Source: an uncultured Gammaproteobacteria bacterium (GTDB lineage Bacteria > Pseudomonadota > Gammaproteobacteria > Magnimaribacterales > D2472). From it: 51,467 bases of DNA. Location of the stretch: positions 1-51,467 of the forward strand of contig CAYUHD010000004.1 of NCBI GenBank assembly GCA_964444385.1, written 5' to 3'. The position numbers and the translations under genes were made by a program. A model generated the notes under the pieces. It saw only the letters and a list, made by a program, of their open reading frames with translations. It was not told the origin of the DNA and searched no databases. Shown here in pieces: positions 7,994 through 17,707 of the stretch. Each line of letters starts with the position of its first letter. The first letter of the stretch is position 1.

Positions 7994-9760
7994 ATGTCTG
8001 AGCAAGAAATTTTAGTAATCACATTAATTACCTTAATGGGGTTACTTATCTGGGGTAAATGGCGCTATGACGGTGTGACACTTCTCTGTTTAGCGGCATT
8101 GGTATTGTTTGGCGTAGTTCCTGCTGAAAATGCTTTTACTGGTTTTGGTCATCCTGCTGTTATTACTGTTGCTCTAGTTCTACTAATTAGCAGAGGATTG
8201 CAAGAAGCTGGAATGGTCAGTTTAGCTGGAAACTTAATTTCTCGACTCACCTTAAGTGAAAATCAATACCTCATCATCATAATGATAGTGGCGGCATTTT
8301 TATCGTCTTTTATGAACAATATTGGAGCTATGGCTTTATTGCTACCAATAACTTTATCGCTGTGTCAAAAGATGCAATGGAATCCTTCTAAATTTTTAAT
8401 GCCTCTAGCTTTTGCAAGTATTCTTGGCGGTATGAATACTGTAATAGGAACGCCTCCAAACATTATCATTGCTCAATATAGACAAGAATATACAGGTATT
8501 GCCTTTAATTTCTTTGACTATTCATTTGTTGGTCTTGCTGTCAGCATCCTAGGCGTTTTATTTATTGCATTTATTGGGTTCAGGTTTGTAAAAGTTCGGG
8601 ATACTGGCGCTGAAACAACTAGGCTAATCGATTTAAAAAATTATCTTTTTGAAGTGACTGTGAAAGAAGACAGCAAAGCTATAGGTATGCGACTATCTGA
8701 AATTAAAAAAATCTCTGGTCCTGAAACTGAAGTGTTAGGTGTGGTTAATGAAACAGGAGGAGTTTCTAGAGTTTCTATGGGAAAGAAAATCCAACCTGGG
8801 CAAATACTAGTCATTAAAACTTCCCCTGATGATATTTCTTCTATTCAGGAAGCTCTAGGTTTTAAGATAGCGGAAGAGCTTAATACCATTCAAGAATCAG
8901 ATTTAGCTGAAATTGAAGTTATGGTAACTGCAGGTTCTAGATTAGTTGGGCGCAAACATAATTTCTTAAAAAGACTTGCTTCAGAAGATCTAGCTTTGCT
9001 CGGTTTATGGAGACAAGGAGCAAGATTTAGAACAAGACTTGCAAGAGAAGCATTTAAAGTTGGTGATGTTTTACTTTTAGGAGTTAGGACTATTGATGAT
9101 GAAGGTGTGAAAGAGCGCATCAAGCATTTAGGATTAATGCCATTAATGCAAAGAGATCTTCAAACTATCCCTAGTCGAAGTCGATTACTTAAAAGCTTAA
9201 TCTTTTTTGGTCTAGCGATAGGCCTGACTGCCTTTAATGTAATAGATATTGTGGTTGCATTTTTATTGTGCGTTATAGCTTTCATTTCAATTAAAGTTTT
9301 AAATGGAAATTTATACAGAAATATTGAATGGCCAGTTGTGGTCATGCTTGCCGCTATGATTCCGGTAGGACAGGCGCTCGAAACATCTGGAATATCCTTA
9401 AACATTGCTAACTTTATATCCTCTTCAACCGCGGGCATGACTTTGCCTTGGTTAATCTTGATGGTTTTAGTTATTACAATGTTTGTTTCAGATATTGTAA
9501 ATAATGCAGCGACTGCTGTTATTATGGCGCCTATTGCAGCCAATCTGGCTCTTCAAGTTGGGCAACCCGTTGAGCCTTTCCTCATGGCTGTAGCAGTAGG
9601 AGCTAGTTGCGCTTTTTTATCTCCTATTGGTCACCAGTGTAATACCTTGGTAATGGCTCCTGGAAACTATAAATTTGGGGATTATTGGCGCCTTGGTCTA
9701 CCGCTTGAATGTGTTATCGTGGCGATCTCAATCCCAATGATTTTATTTGTATGGACTTAA
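7994..9760 (+). CDS. SLC13/DASS family permease with TrkA-C domains
   Basis: SSFMNN, GGMNTVIGTPPN, NNAATA and SPIGHQCN motifs, with a central soluble RCK_C-like region. Confidence 0.88.
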   Translation: MSEQEILVITLITLMGLLIWGKWRYDGVTLLCLAALVLFGVVPAENAFTGFGHPAVITVALVLLISRGLQEAGMVSLAGNLISRLTLSENQYLIIIMIVAAFLSSFMNNIGAMALLLPITLSLCQKMQWNPSKFLMPLAFASILGGMNTVIGTPPNIIIAQYRQEYTGIAFNFFDYSFVGLAVSILGVLFIAFIGFRFVKVRDTGAETTRLIDLKNYLFEVTVKEDSKAIGMRLSEIKKISGPETEVLGVVNETGGVSRVSMGKKIQPGQILVIKTSPDDISSIQEALGFKIAEELNTIQESDLAEIEVMVTAGSRLVGRKHNFLKRLASEDLALLGLWRQGARFRTRLAREAFKVGDVLLLGVRTIDDEGVKERIKHLGLMPLMQRDLQTIPSRSRLLKSLIFFGLAIGLTAFNVIDIVVAFLLCVIAFISIKVLNGNLYRNIEWPVVVMLAAMIPVGQALETSGISLNIANFISSSTAGMTLPWLILMVLVITMFVSDIVNNAATAVIMAPIAANLALQVGQPVEPFLMAVAVGASCAFLSPIGHQCNTLVMAPGNYKFGDYWRLGLPLECVIVAISIPMILFVWT

Positions 9761-9773
9761 ATTTTTAAGCACA

Positions 9774-10502
9774 TTAAAAAAGCTTAGAAATTAACTTACT
9801 TAACTCATCAGGATCTTCAAAAAATGGGAAGTGCCCTACTTCATTCATTGTATAAGTTTTACTAGGAACTGCATCAGTAAACTTTTCTACAGCCTTCAAA
9901 TTAACCAACTTGTCTTTGCTACCTAAGATTATTGAAATGGGTATTCCTAAGCTTTTTAAATCATTTAAATCTAATTGATAATTATTACATGCTTCTAAAT
10001 CGTCTAGCATAATTAAATCTTCTTCTTCAGAAAAAGCATTTTTTATACCAAGAAGCCTCTTATAAAGACCATATTTAATAATAAAATCTGCAGCATGCCC
10101 ATTCCCTGCCTTAGCTTTAGCTAACAAAACCTCGGCTACTCTAGTTGGATAAATGCTGTTAACCAAAAGCAGTGATTGAGCTGAAAAATCATGATTCACT
10201 GCCATATCTAAAGCAACTAATCCCCCCATGCTATGACCACACAGGGCTAAATTTTTAAGATTAAAGTCTTCCAAAGAATCAACCAGAAACTTACTATAGG
10301 ATTCAATGCTATTGCTCGAAGATCCCTTTGAATCCCCATGTCCAGGCAAATCAATGATCAAGGGCTTATTGAATTCTGAATTAGGCAGTTTTAATGATCT
10401 AACCAATCTATGATCCATGCCTGCGCCAGCAATAAAAAGTATAGACTTTTTCTTCTTATCAATTAATTCAAAATTATGAAAATATGTTTGAGTATTTTTC
10501 AT
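9774..10502 (-). CDS. Alpha/beta fold hydrolase
   Basis: DLPGHG, nucleophile elbow GHSMGG, GSKDKLV, GHFPF. Confidence 0.85.
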   Translation of the reverse strand: MKNTQTYFHNFELIDKKKKSILFIAGAGMDHRLVRSLKLPNSEFNKPLIIDLPGHGDSKGSSSNSIESYSKFLVDSLEDFNLKNLALCGHSMGGLVALDMAVNHDFSAQSLLLVNSIYPTRVAEVLLAKAKAGNGHAADFIIKYGLYKRLLGIKNAFSEEEDLIMLDDLEACNNYQLDLNDLKSLGIPISIILGSKDKLVNLKAVEKFTDAVPSKTYTMNEVGHFPFFEDPDELSKLISKLF

Positions 10503-10563
10503 TGGCTAAATGTATTTTAATCTATCTTGATGTTCCCTTACATCAAAAAGACTCTCCAAAAAA

Positions 10564-10642
10564 TGGTAGACCCGAATGGACTTGAACCATCGACCTTCGC
10601 AATGTCAATGCGACGCTCTAACCAAAACTGAGCTACGGGTCT
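10564..10642 (-). tRNA. tRNA-Val (GAC)
   Basis: Reverse complement folds as a cloverleaf: acceptor AGACCCG/CGGGTCT, anticodon arm TCGCA-TTGACAT-TGCGA, T-loop TTCAAGT, encoded CCA. Confidence 0.95.
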
Positions 10643-10703
10643 AAATATGAAGATATTATACAATCAGTAAGTGCTTCTACGTCTATTTTAATAGTCCTAT
10701 AAA

Positions 10704-12107
10704 TTAACTAATAGTATTTGCTCGTTGAACTAAAAAAGTTTGGGTTTCTTCTAAAATAGTTTGAGTTTCTGAAGAATTATCTTTCTCTAAAAGTTTTTCT
10801 AGATCAGTCATGACCTTGCTCATTGAACCCCATGGTCCCTCTTCATTAAGACGTTGAGTGATTAGGGATTGATAGCGATTCATCATATCTTCTGGCGCAT
10901 CTTGGGGATAAAACTGACAGATTAGTCTTTCTGCAAATAGCCTGTGTCGCTCATCGCTAATATTGCGACAGATTTTAATTCTTTCTTCAGCAGAATCAAT
11001 GCGATGAAAATCAGCCATTAGATCTTTATCTTCCTTTGAAGGAAAACCACCTGCATAAATCTTCTGCTCTATATGATCATATTCATTGTTCCAATTATTA
11101 ATCTTATCTGCCATGGCTTGACTAACAAGTGACTGAAAATCAATATTTTCTCTCACCTGCTTAGCTCTCCCTTCTAAAATTGCAAAATCCATATCAAAGG
11201 CGTCTTTATTGCCGATCATTTCACTTGGGCAAATAGGTATTGTTTTATTAATTCCGTACTTTTTAAAAGGGCCTGATTTACCAGGTTTTTGAACCATTGA
11301 ATAAATTTCTTGGGTATCAAGATCAAAGATTTCTTCAGGGTCAAAACTTAAATCAAAGAACATTAAATCATTGGGGGCTTTACTACCACATGGCACAACT
11401 GGGTACCTAAATACCTCGCGTTTAAATACCTCTCCGAGCCCTAAAAATCCAGGTTTTTGAACAGCCTCTTGAACTCCTACTTTAGAAGAAATACTTAGGA
11501 AAAAATCTACCAGCTCAGGTTTTTTTTCATTCATTTGCTCTAAAAGAGATATCATCAGTTTGCAATCGGCAATTGCATCATGAGCATCACCTATCTCGAT
11601 TCCATTGGCCTGAGCCAAGTCTGTTTGCTTCAAGCTGATTGCTGGACCTCCTTCATAAAGAGGAATGTTTAATAGATCAGGAGAGAAAGCTGCAATGTTA
11701 TTCATCATCAGAAGTAGATCAAGGCGACTATTTCCATTGGTATTTGTTAGATAAGACTCAAAAAGGTTCCAGTAAAACTGCCTTCTAATGAGCTCCTCAT
11801 CATAGGCCATACCATTAAACGTTATAAAGACAGCTGGCTCATCTATGGTCCATTGTCGCCATTGACGGTTTAAATCTCTCATCATTTCATAATGCGAAAC
11901 ATTAGAGTGAAAAAGATGGGTTTTCTTATTAGTGACCATCGCCATAGGATGAGGTATAGCCCATGGCAAAGGAGCGCATCCTAAGTTCTGCTCATCTTGA
12001 ATTTCTAAATTACGATTTGCTTGAATAGATCCACACTGAAGTATCTGGGCAAAATCCTTGATTAGTCCAGTTGTTTCGGTATCGTAAAAAATTAGGTTAT
12101 TGCTCAA
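10704..12107 (-). CDS. sbcB: Exodeoxyribonuclease I (DEDDh family)
   Basis: YDTETTG, FNGMAYDEELIR, NGNSRLD, AHDAIAD; TTG start. Confidence 0.85.
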   Translation of the reverse strand: MSNNLIFYDTETTGLIKDFAQILQCGSIQANRNLEIQDEQNLGCAPLPWAIPHPMAMVTNKKTHLFHSNVSHYEMMRDLNRQWRQWTIDEPAVFITFNGMAYDEELIRRQFYWNLFESYLTNTNGNSRLDLLLMMNNIAAFSPDLLNIPLYEGGPAISLKQTDLAQANGIEIGDAHDAIADCKLMISLLEQMNEKKPELVDFFLSISSKVGVQEAVQKPGFLGLGEVFKREVFRYPVVPCGSKAPNDLMFFDLSFDPEEIFDLDTQEIYSMVQKPGKSGPFKKYGINKTIPICPSEMIGNKDAFDMDFAILEGRAKQVRENIDFQSLVSQAMADKINNWNNEYDHIEQKIYAGGFPSKEDKDLMADFHRIDSAEERIKICRNISDERHRLFAERLICQFYPQDAPEDMMNRYQSLITQRLNEEGPWGSMSKVMTDLEKLLEKDNSSETQTILEETQTFLVQRANTIS

Positions 12108-12115
12108 CTAGTATT

Positions 12116-13372
12116 CTATGATCTGCTGATATTAGAAGACTCTACCTTTGACTTATCATATTCAGCATACTTACCAAGTTCATACCTGGCAACTGATCTT
12201 CTATGCACTTCATCAGGTCCATCGGCAAGTCTTAAAGTTCTCATCCCAGCATACATTCTTGCTAACGGAAAAACTTGAGAGACACCTGCTCCACCATGAA
12301 TTTGAATAGCACGATCGATTACATCGCAGACAATATTTGGGACAATAACTTTAATTTGAGCTATCTCACTTGCAGCAACTTTATTCCCGACTGTATCCAT
12401 CATGTGAGCTGCTTGCAGTGTTAAGAGTCTTGCCATGTTTAATTCAATCCTTGAATTAGCAATGATATCCATATTACCGCCAAGTTGAGATAATGGTTTA
12501 CCAAAAGCAACTCTGCTTTGCGATCTCTCACACATCATCTGCAAAGCTCTTTCCCCCAAGCCAACCGCTCTCATGCAATGGTGAATTCTTCCAGGACCAA
12601 GACGACCTTGAGCAATTTCAAAACCTCTTCCTTCACCAAGAATCATATTGCTCTTAGGTACTCTAACATTTGTAAATTTAAGATGAGCATGTCCATGAGG
12701 GGCATCATCCCAACCAAAAACCTGCATCATTTTTCTTACTTCTATGCCCTCAGAATCCATTGGCACAAGAATTTGGGAATGTCTTTTATGTCTTGGAGAT
12801 TCAGGATCTTGATCGGTCACACACATAAAGACAATGATCTTGCAACGCGGATCACCAGCACCAGATGTCCACCACTTCTCTCCATTGATGACATATTCAT
12901 CTCCATCAAGGACTGCAGTGGCAGCCATATTGGTTGCATCAGAAGAAGCAACCCCTGGCTCTGTCATACCAAAAGCAGATCTAATTTCTCCAGCTAAAAG
13001 AGGTTTTAGCCATGTTTCTTTTTGCTCCTCTGAGCCATACCTCTCTAACACTTCCATGTTGCCAGTATCTGGAGCTGAGCAATTAAAAACCTCAGATGCA
13101 ATTCCAGTGGTTCCCATTTTTTCTGCAAGATGTGAATATTCAAAATTACTTAAGCCTGTTCCAAATTCACCTTCGTAACCAGGCAAGAAAAAATTCCATA
13201 GGCCTTCAGCTTTAGCTTTCGCTTTCATCTCCTCCATAATTGGCGGCACACACCAACGACCACCCTCTTCAACTTGCTCAGCATATTTTGCTTCATTGGG
13301 TTTAATCTCAGTTTCTATAAAAGCTGAAACTCTATCAAGAAATGCTTGAACCTCTGGTCTTAAATCTCTCAT
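12116..13372 (-). CDS. Acyl-CoA dehydrogenase (ACAD10/11-like clade)
   Basis: [51 protein letters not shown]. Confidence 0.92.
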   Translation of the reverse strand: MRDLRPEVQAFLDRVSAFIETEIKPNEAKYAEQVEEGGRWCVPPIMEEMKAKAKAEGLWNFFLPGYEGEFGTGLSNFEYSHLAEKMGTTGIASEVFNCSAPDTGNMEVLERYGSEEQKETWLKPLLAGEIRSAFGMTEPGVASSDATNMAATAVLDGDEYVINGEKWWTSGAGDPRCKIIVFMCVTDQDPESPRHKRHSQILVPMDSEGIEVRKMMQVFGWDDAPHGHAHLKFTNVRVPKSNMILGEGRGFEIAQGRLGPGRIHHCMRAVGLGERALQMMCERSQSRVAFGKPLSQLGGNMDIIANSRIELNMARLLTLQAAHMMDTVGNKVAASEIAQIKVIVPNIVCDVIDRAIQIHGGAGVSQVFPLARMYAGMRTLRLADGPDEVHRRSVARYELGKYAEYDKSKVESSNISRS

Positions 13373-13406
13373 TATTTGCCTCTTATTAATGGATGTTATT
13401 TATAAT

Positions 13407-13470
13407 ATAAGTATTGTGAATGTTATGAAATAACTTTATTATTATTAATCAATTTATTCATAACCATAAT
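13407..13470. promoter_or_regulatory. Candidate LysR binding sites in the divergent acyl-CoA dehydrogenase/LysR intergenic region
   Basis: T-N11-A boxes ATAAGTATTGTGAAT (13407-13421) and ATTCATAACCATAAT (13456-13470), plus palindrome GTTAT-GAA-ATAAC (13422-13434). The AT-rich background lowers specificity. Confidence 0.4.
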
Positions 13471-13509
13471 AACTGCAAGCAACATGCAAAGCTATAGAAT
13501 GAGACAAAA

Positions 13510-14421
13510 ATGAAAATAAGCTCCTTTGACTTAAATCTATTCGTTATTATGAACTCCATATATACCGAAGGCAGCCTTACAAAAGCTGCCGAAGTAGTTG
13601 GTATTACTCAGCCTGCTGTATCCAATGCACTATCTCGATTAAGAGAAAAATTTGATGACGAACTTTTTGTGAGAACTGGTGGCGGTATGGTACCTACTCA
13701 AAAGACAGAAAACATCATTAAGGATATTCAGAATGCTCTGCAGTTAATGCAAAAGAGCGTTAACGAACCAGATGAATTTGACCCAGCTACCAGTCAGAAA
13801 ACTTTTAGAATATCTCTTGGTGATATTAATGAAGGTCGAATTCTGGCGATCTTAATTGGCAAAATTGAAAAACAAGCGCCGAACATAAAGCTTGAGTGCT
13901 ACTATTCTGCAAGAGATAAAGTCCCTCATGCTTTAGCAACGAATGAATTAAACTTCGCTGTAGATCCTTTTATACCCAACTCCAAAGATACAAATGCGAT
14001 GAAAGTCTTCTCTGATCAATTTGTTATAGCTCATCGTGCTAATCATCCAGTCAGTAAAGTTACTGCTTTAACTTTAGAGGAAGTCCTCAAATTGAAATAT
14101 ATAAATATTTCTAATAGAAAAAGAGGTGCCTCTGTTGTAGAAATGGAAATGCAAAAAATGCAATTGCAACCAGAAATGTCTCTTAGAGCTCAACATTACT
14201 TAGTAACACCTGAAATCGTGAGATCAACAGATCTTTGTTTGCTTTGCGCTGAGACCTTCGCAAAAAAACATGGGCTTAGTTACATTGAACTTCCTTTCGA
14301 TGTCCCTCCCCTTGAACAATATCTAATTTGGCATAGCAGTGATGATAACGATGGATCCCATATCTGGATGAGAGATCTAATTGCAGAGTCTTTTAAAGAA
14401 GTCAGTTCAATCAAGTTTTAA
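13510..14421 (+). CDS. LysR family transcriptional regulator (NodD/NahR-like)
   Basis: N-terminal HTH DLNLF...SLTKAA...TQPAVSNALSRLR...DELFVR; divergent from the acyl-CoA dehydrogenase. Confidence 0.93.
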   Translation: MKISSFDLNLFVIMNSIYTEGSLTKAAEVVGITQPAVSNALSRLREKFDDELFVRTGGGMVPTQKTENIIKDIQNALQLMQKSVNEPDEFDPATSQKTFRISLGDINEGRILAILIGKIEKQAPNIKLECYYSARDKVPHALATNELNFAVDPFIPNSKDTNAMKVFSDQFVIAHRANHPVSKVTALTLEEVLKLKYINISNRKRGASVVEMEMQKMQLQPEMSLRAQHYLVTPEIVRSTDLCLLCAETFAKKHGLSYIELPFDVPPLEQYLIWHSSDDNDGSHIWMRDLIAESFKEVSSIKF

Positions 14422-15028
14422 GGGCTTCCCCATAATACTGAAAAGCAGCTATCTTTGGTCCCTTAATATATTTCTTTTTTAAATCTTTAAATTTAAATCC
14501 ACCTGACAGGATCTGTTCTTCAATATCTCTATCAAGGTTGCAACCACCTGCGATTTTTCTCCAACCAGGTGTTATTCGATGTTGCCATTTTTGAATATTA
14601 GGCTCAGGAGCTAAGCCATGCTCCATAAAAAATAATGAGCCATCTGGTTTCAAAAGCCTACGAGCTTCTGATAAGGCTTTAAGAGGGTCTGGAATAGTGC
14701 AAAGACTGTAACCTATTACCACACTGTCGAAAGTTAAAGATTCTAGGTCAATAACTTCTGCGCTAGCCTCAATAAAGGAAATTTTAGAATTAAATTTTGC
14801 TGCTCTAGATTTTGCCATAGCAACTGAGCTCACTGCTGGATCTACACCAACAACTTCTGTTACTTTATCAAAGTTGTAATAATCAAAATTTAAACCTGAC
14901 CCAATTCCAATCTCTAGGACTTTTCCAAAAGCCATTGGTACAACTTGCGATCTTTTATTCTGAAATCCTTCCATCCCACAACAGAAATCTAACAGCTTTG
15001 GCAAAAAATATTTTTCATAAATACTCAT
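14411..15028 (-). CDS. Class I SAM-dependent methyltransferase
   Basis: VLEIGIGSGLN, YSLCTIPDP, RLLKPDG, EHG, GGCNLDRD. Confidence 0.88.
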   Translation of the reverse strand: MSIYEKYFLPKLLDFCCGMEGFQNKRSQVVPMAFGKVLEIGIGSGLNFDYYNFDKVTEVVGVDPAVSSVAMAKSRAAKFNSKISFIEASAEVIDLESLTFDSVVIGYSLCTIPDPLKALSEARRLLKPDGSLFFMEHGLAPEPNIQKWQHRITPGWRKIAGGCNLDRDIEEQILSGGFKFKDLKKKYIKGPKIAAFQYYGEALKT

Positions 15029-15030
15029 AA

Positions 15031-15828
15031 TTAACTTAAATCATGTCCTGCTGTTCCAACCAAACCTCCATCTGAGGGAATGATGGCTCCAACAGTATAT
15101 GCTCCGGCTCGAGAACATAAGAATATTACAAGTCCTGCTATATCCTCGGGTGAACCAATTCTTTTTCTAGGATTTCTTGATTCTATAAATGAGTAATCAT
15201 GATTAACAGCAGCACCTAGCATCATGGACTTGTAAGGACCAGGCGCAATGGCATTAACTAAAATATTTTCTCCAACAAGTCTTTTGGCTAAAATTCGTGT
15301 TAAATGGTGAACTGCTGCTTTAGAAGTCCCGTATGCATAAGCTTCAATGATAGGAACATTCAATCCATCTACAGACCCTATATTTACTACTCTTGATGGG
15401 ATTTCTAATGAGGAATTCGCAGAAAGCATTGGGGTAAGTTTTTGAGTTAAATAAAAAATACTTTTTACATTTAAATCCATTACCTTATCCCACCCTTTTT
15501 CAGAATATTCTGTATAGGGCTCTCCCCATGATGCGCCTGCGTTATTTATCAAAAAATCAATATGATTTTCTTTTGATCCGATGAAATTAACAAATGCGTC
15601 CATTCCATCCATGGTACTAAGATCACAAGGAACTGGAATACACTCACCATCATACATTTCAGATAATTCCTTAGCCTTTTCAATTAAAGCAGCTTCTTTT
15701 CGTGCAGTTATATATACCTTAACTCCATTTGCTAAGAAGCCAGTGGCTATCATTTCACCAATTCCTCTTGAGCCTCCTGTAACAATTGCTACCTTTCCTG
15801 ACACATTAAACAGTTCCGTGATTTTCAT
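15031..15828 (-). CDS. Short-chain dehydrogenase/reductase (RhlG-like)
   Basis: TGGSRGIG, NNAG, YGTSK, VNAIAPG. Confidence 0.92.
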   Translation of the reverse strand: MKITELFNVSGKVAIVTGGSRGIGEMIATGFLANGVKVYITARKEAALIEKAKELSEMYDGECIPVPCDLSTMDGMDAFVNFIGSKENHIDFLINNAGASWGEPYTEYSEKGWDKVMDLNVKSIFYLTQKLTPMLSANSSLEIPSRVVNIGSVDGLNVPIIEAYAYGTSKAAVHHLTRILAKRLVGENILVNAIAPGPYKSMMLGAAVNHDYSFIESRNPRKRIGSPEDIAGLVIFLCSRAGAYTVGAIIPSDGGLVGTAGHDLS

Positions 15829-15909
15829 AATTACCCTTACATTTTTGTAAATGCTTATGTTCTCTTGAAATCATTATGAATTCAATAGCATTACATTTAG
15901 AATACTGTC

Positions 15910-16851
15910 ATGGCACTTATTTTTAATTTAACACTCTTACTTTTAGGAATTACAATTCTTGTCTGGGGTGCTAATAAATTTGTCGATCACGCATCAGTAA
16001 TTGCAAAACATTTAGGTGTTGGTGATTTGGTAATAGGGCTGACCCTAATAGCAGCTGGAACTTCTGCGCCGGAAGTATTTGTAGCTATTTCTGCGGTACT
16101 AAATGCAAATGAGGATATAGCTCTTGGTGCAGCTATAGGATCAAATATCTCAAATATAGCACTAATTTTTGGGGTGTCATGCTTATACTTTAATACTACT
16201 TCCAAAACTCATTTATGGAACTTAGTGCCTTTTGGTTTATCAGTCTTATTACTTGGATTAACCCTTGCAGATGGAACAGTTTCTTTTAATGAGAGCATGG
16301 GTTTTGTGGTTTTATTTATGTTGTTTATGTACATTCTCATGAAAACTGAAGGAATACCTGATGAAGAGGATTCTGAATCATCTGAATTTACAAAAAGTCT
16401 CTTTTTATCCATGGTGGGTCTTGTTGGTTTGATTGTAGGGGCCAATATGTCAGTCATGTATGCTGAGATGACTGCTTTATTATTGGGTATTCCAAAGCTA
16501 ATCATTGGCCTAACCATAATTGCTCTCGGCACCAGTCTGCCTGAATTAGCTGCTACAGTTGCAGCCCTCAAAAAGGGTAAACATCAAATGGTGGTAGGCA
16601 ATATTATTGGTTCTAATGTTTTAAATTTAGTCTTTGTCATCCCAATCATTGGATTTTTTGGATCAGTTCAACTAAGTCCAATTGTCATGCAAAGGGATTT
16701 TAATATCCTTGCACTTTTAAGTGTGGCTTTTATATTATTAACGTTTTCATTGACGAAATTCAAATTTATAAGAGGTCTTTTTGTAACAGCAGGAATAATC
16801 CTAATCAGTAGCTACATCCTCTACATTGGCATTCTTTCTGGGATTGTATAG
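15910..16851 (+). CDS. Calcium/sodium antiporter (YrbG family)
   Basis: Two alpha repeats: GTSAPE...GSNISN and GTSLPE...GNIIGSN. Confidence 0.92.
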   Translation: MALIFNLTLLLLGITILVWGANKFVDHASVIAKHLGVGDLVIGLTLIAAGTSAPEVFVAISAVLNANEDIALGAAIGSNISNIALIFGVSCLYFNTTSKTHLWNLVPFGLSVLLLGLTLADGTVSFNESMGFVVLFMLFMYILMKTEGIPDEEDSESSEFTKSLFLSMVGLVGLIVGANMSVMYAEMTALLLGIPKLIIGLTIIALGTSLPELAATVAALKKGKHQMVVGNIIGSNVLNLVFVIPIIGFFGSVQLSPIVMQRDFNILALLSVAFILLTFSLTKFKFIRGLFVTAGIILISSYILYIGILSGIV

Positions 16852-17262
16852 ATATTTCATATATAAGAAAAAAGATAGTGACAACACAAAAGTTGTTACC
16901 TCAAAAATAAAAAAAGTGTTGTAAAAAGTAGGGGTTGATGGAATTAATGCAAATAAATATCTGCCAAGGGCAATACTAAAAGTTAAAAAAGCTAACAATG
17001 AGAATGCATAGGTAGCAATACCTCTGCTAAACAAACCAAGTAGACACAATAACCCAATAATCATATTTATCCCGCCATATAAACCAGCAACTTCAGAATA
17101 ACCAATAACATCAGAAACCCTTAAGCCTACTGCATCCATAAATGATGGGATCTGATAGCTAATATCAAGAGCATCCTTAACAGGATCAATGATTGCCCAA
17201 GCTCCTATACCTAAATATAAAACTGCATAAACCAAAAGAAATATCCTTATTATCCAGATCAT
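16801..17262 (-). CDS. Small membrane protein, DUF4345-like
   Basis: About 4 TM segments; SEVAGLYGG and ALGR motifs resemble the DUF4345 pattern SE.R..YGG / .GR. Confidence 0.55.
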   Translation of the reverse strand: MIWIIRIFLLVYAVLYLGIGAWAIIDPVKDALDISYQIPSFMDAVGLRVSDVIGYSEVAGLYGGINMIIGLLCLLGLFSRGIATYAFSLLAFLTFSIALGRYLFALIPSTPTFYNTFFIFEVTTFVLSLSFFLYMKYLYNPRKNANVEDVATD

Positions 17263-17270
17263 AATGTTCC

Positions 17271-17684
17271 TTAAAAAATCTCGTTTTTCCTTTTATGATG
17301 TGCTTTTCTAGCAACAAAAAAGATAGCTAAAGTAACTAAAAACATTGCAATTGAGTCCTGAGCTAAAGGCAAAAATATTATGAATCCAATGATATGAGTA
17401 ATAAGCATAGCAATGCTTGAAACATATATTGGCCAGATAGCCGAAGTAGGATTTTTACCTGAAAGATATCTAGAAATAAAATAAATTAATGTAAGAAAGA
17501 AACCTGGTATGAGTACTCGAGCTCGATATTCATCCATCTGATCTTGGCTAAATTCAGTTGCAATAAATGCAATGGGCAATTGATCATAAAAAAACAAAGC
17601 AATTAATGTCCTCATTGCCAAATATAATGCAATTATAATTAAAAAATATTTAATTAATCTTCCCATAAGATCATTAGAATACAC
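17271..17684 (-). CDS. Hypothetical 4-TM membrane protein
   Basis: Hydrophobic ORF in an apparent operon; basic C-terminus AHHKRKNEIF. Confidence 0.6.
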   Translation of the reverse strand: MYSNDLMGRLIKYFLIIIALYLAMRTLIALFFYDQLPIAFIATEFSQDQMDEYRARVLIPGFFLTLIYFISRYLSGKNPTSAIWPIYVSSIAMLITHIIGFIIFLPLAQDSIAMFLVTLAIFFVARKAHHKRKNEIF

Positions 17685-17707
17685 TAATTCTTAATCTAGC
17701 AAAAAAA

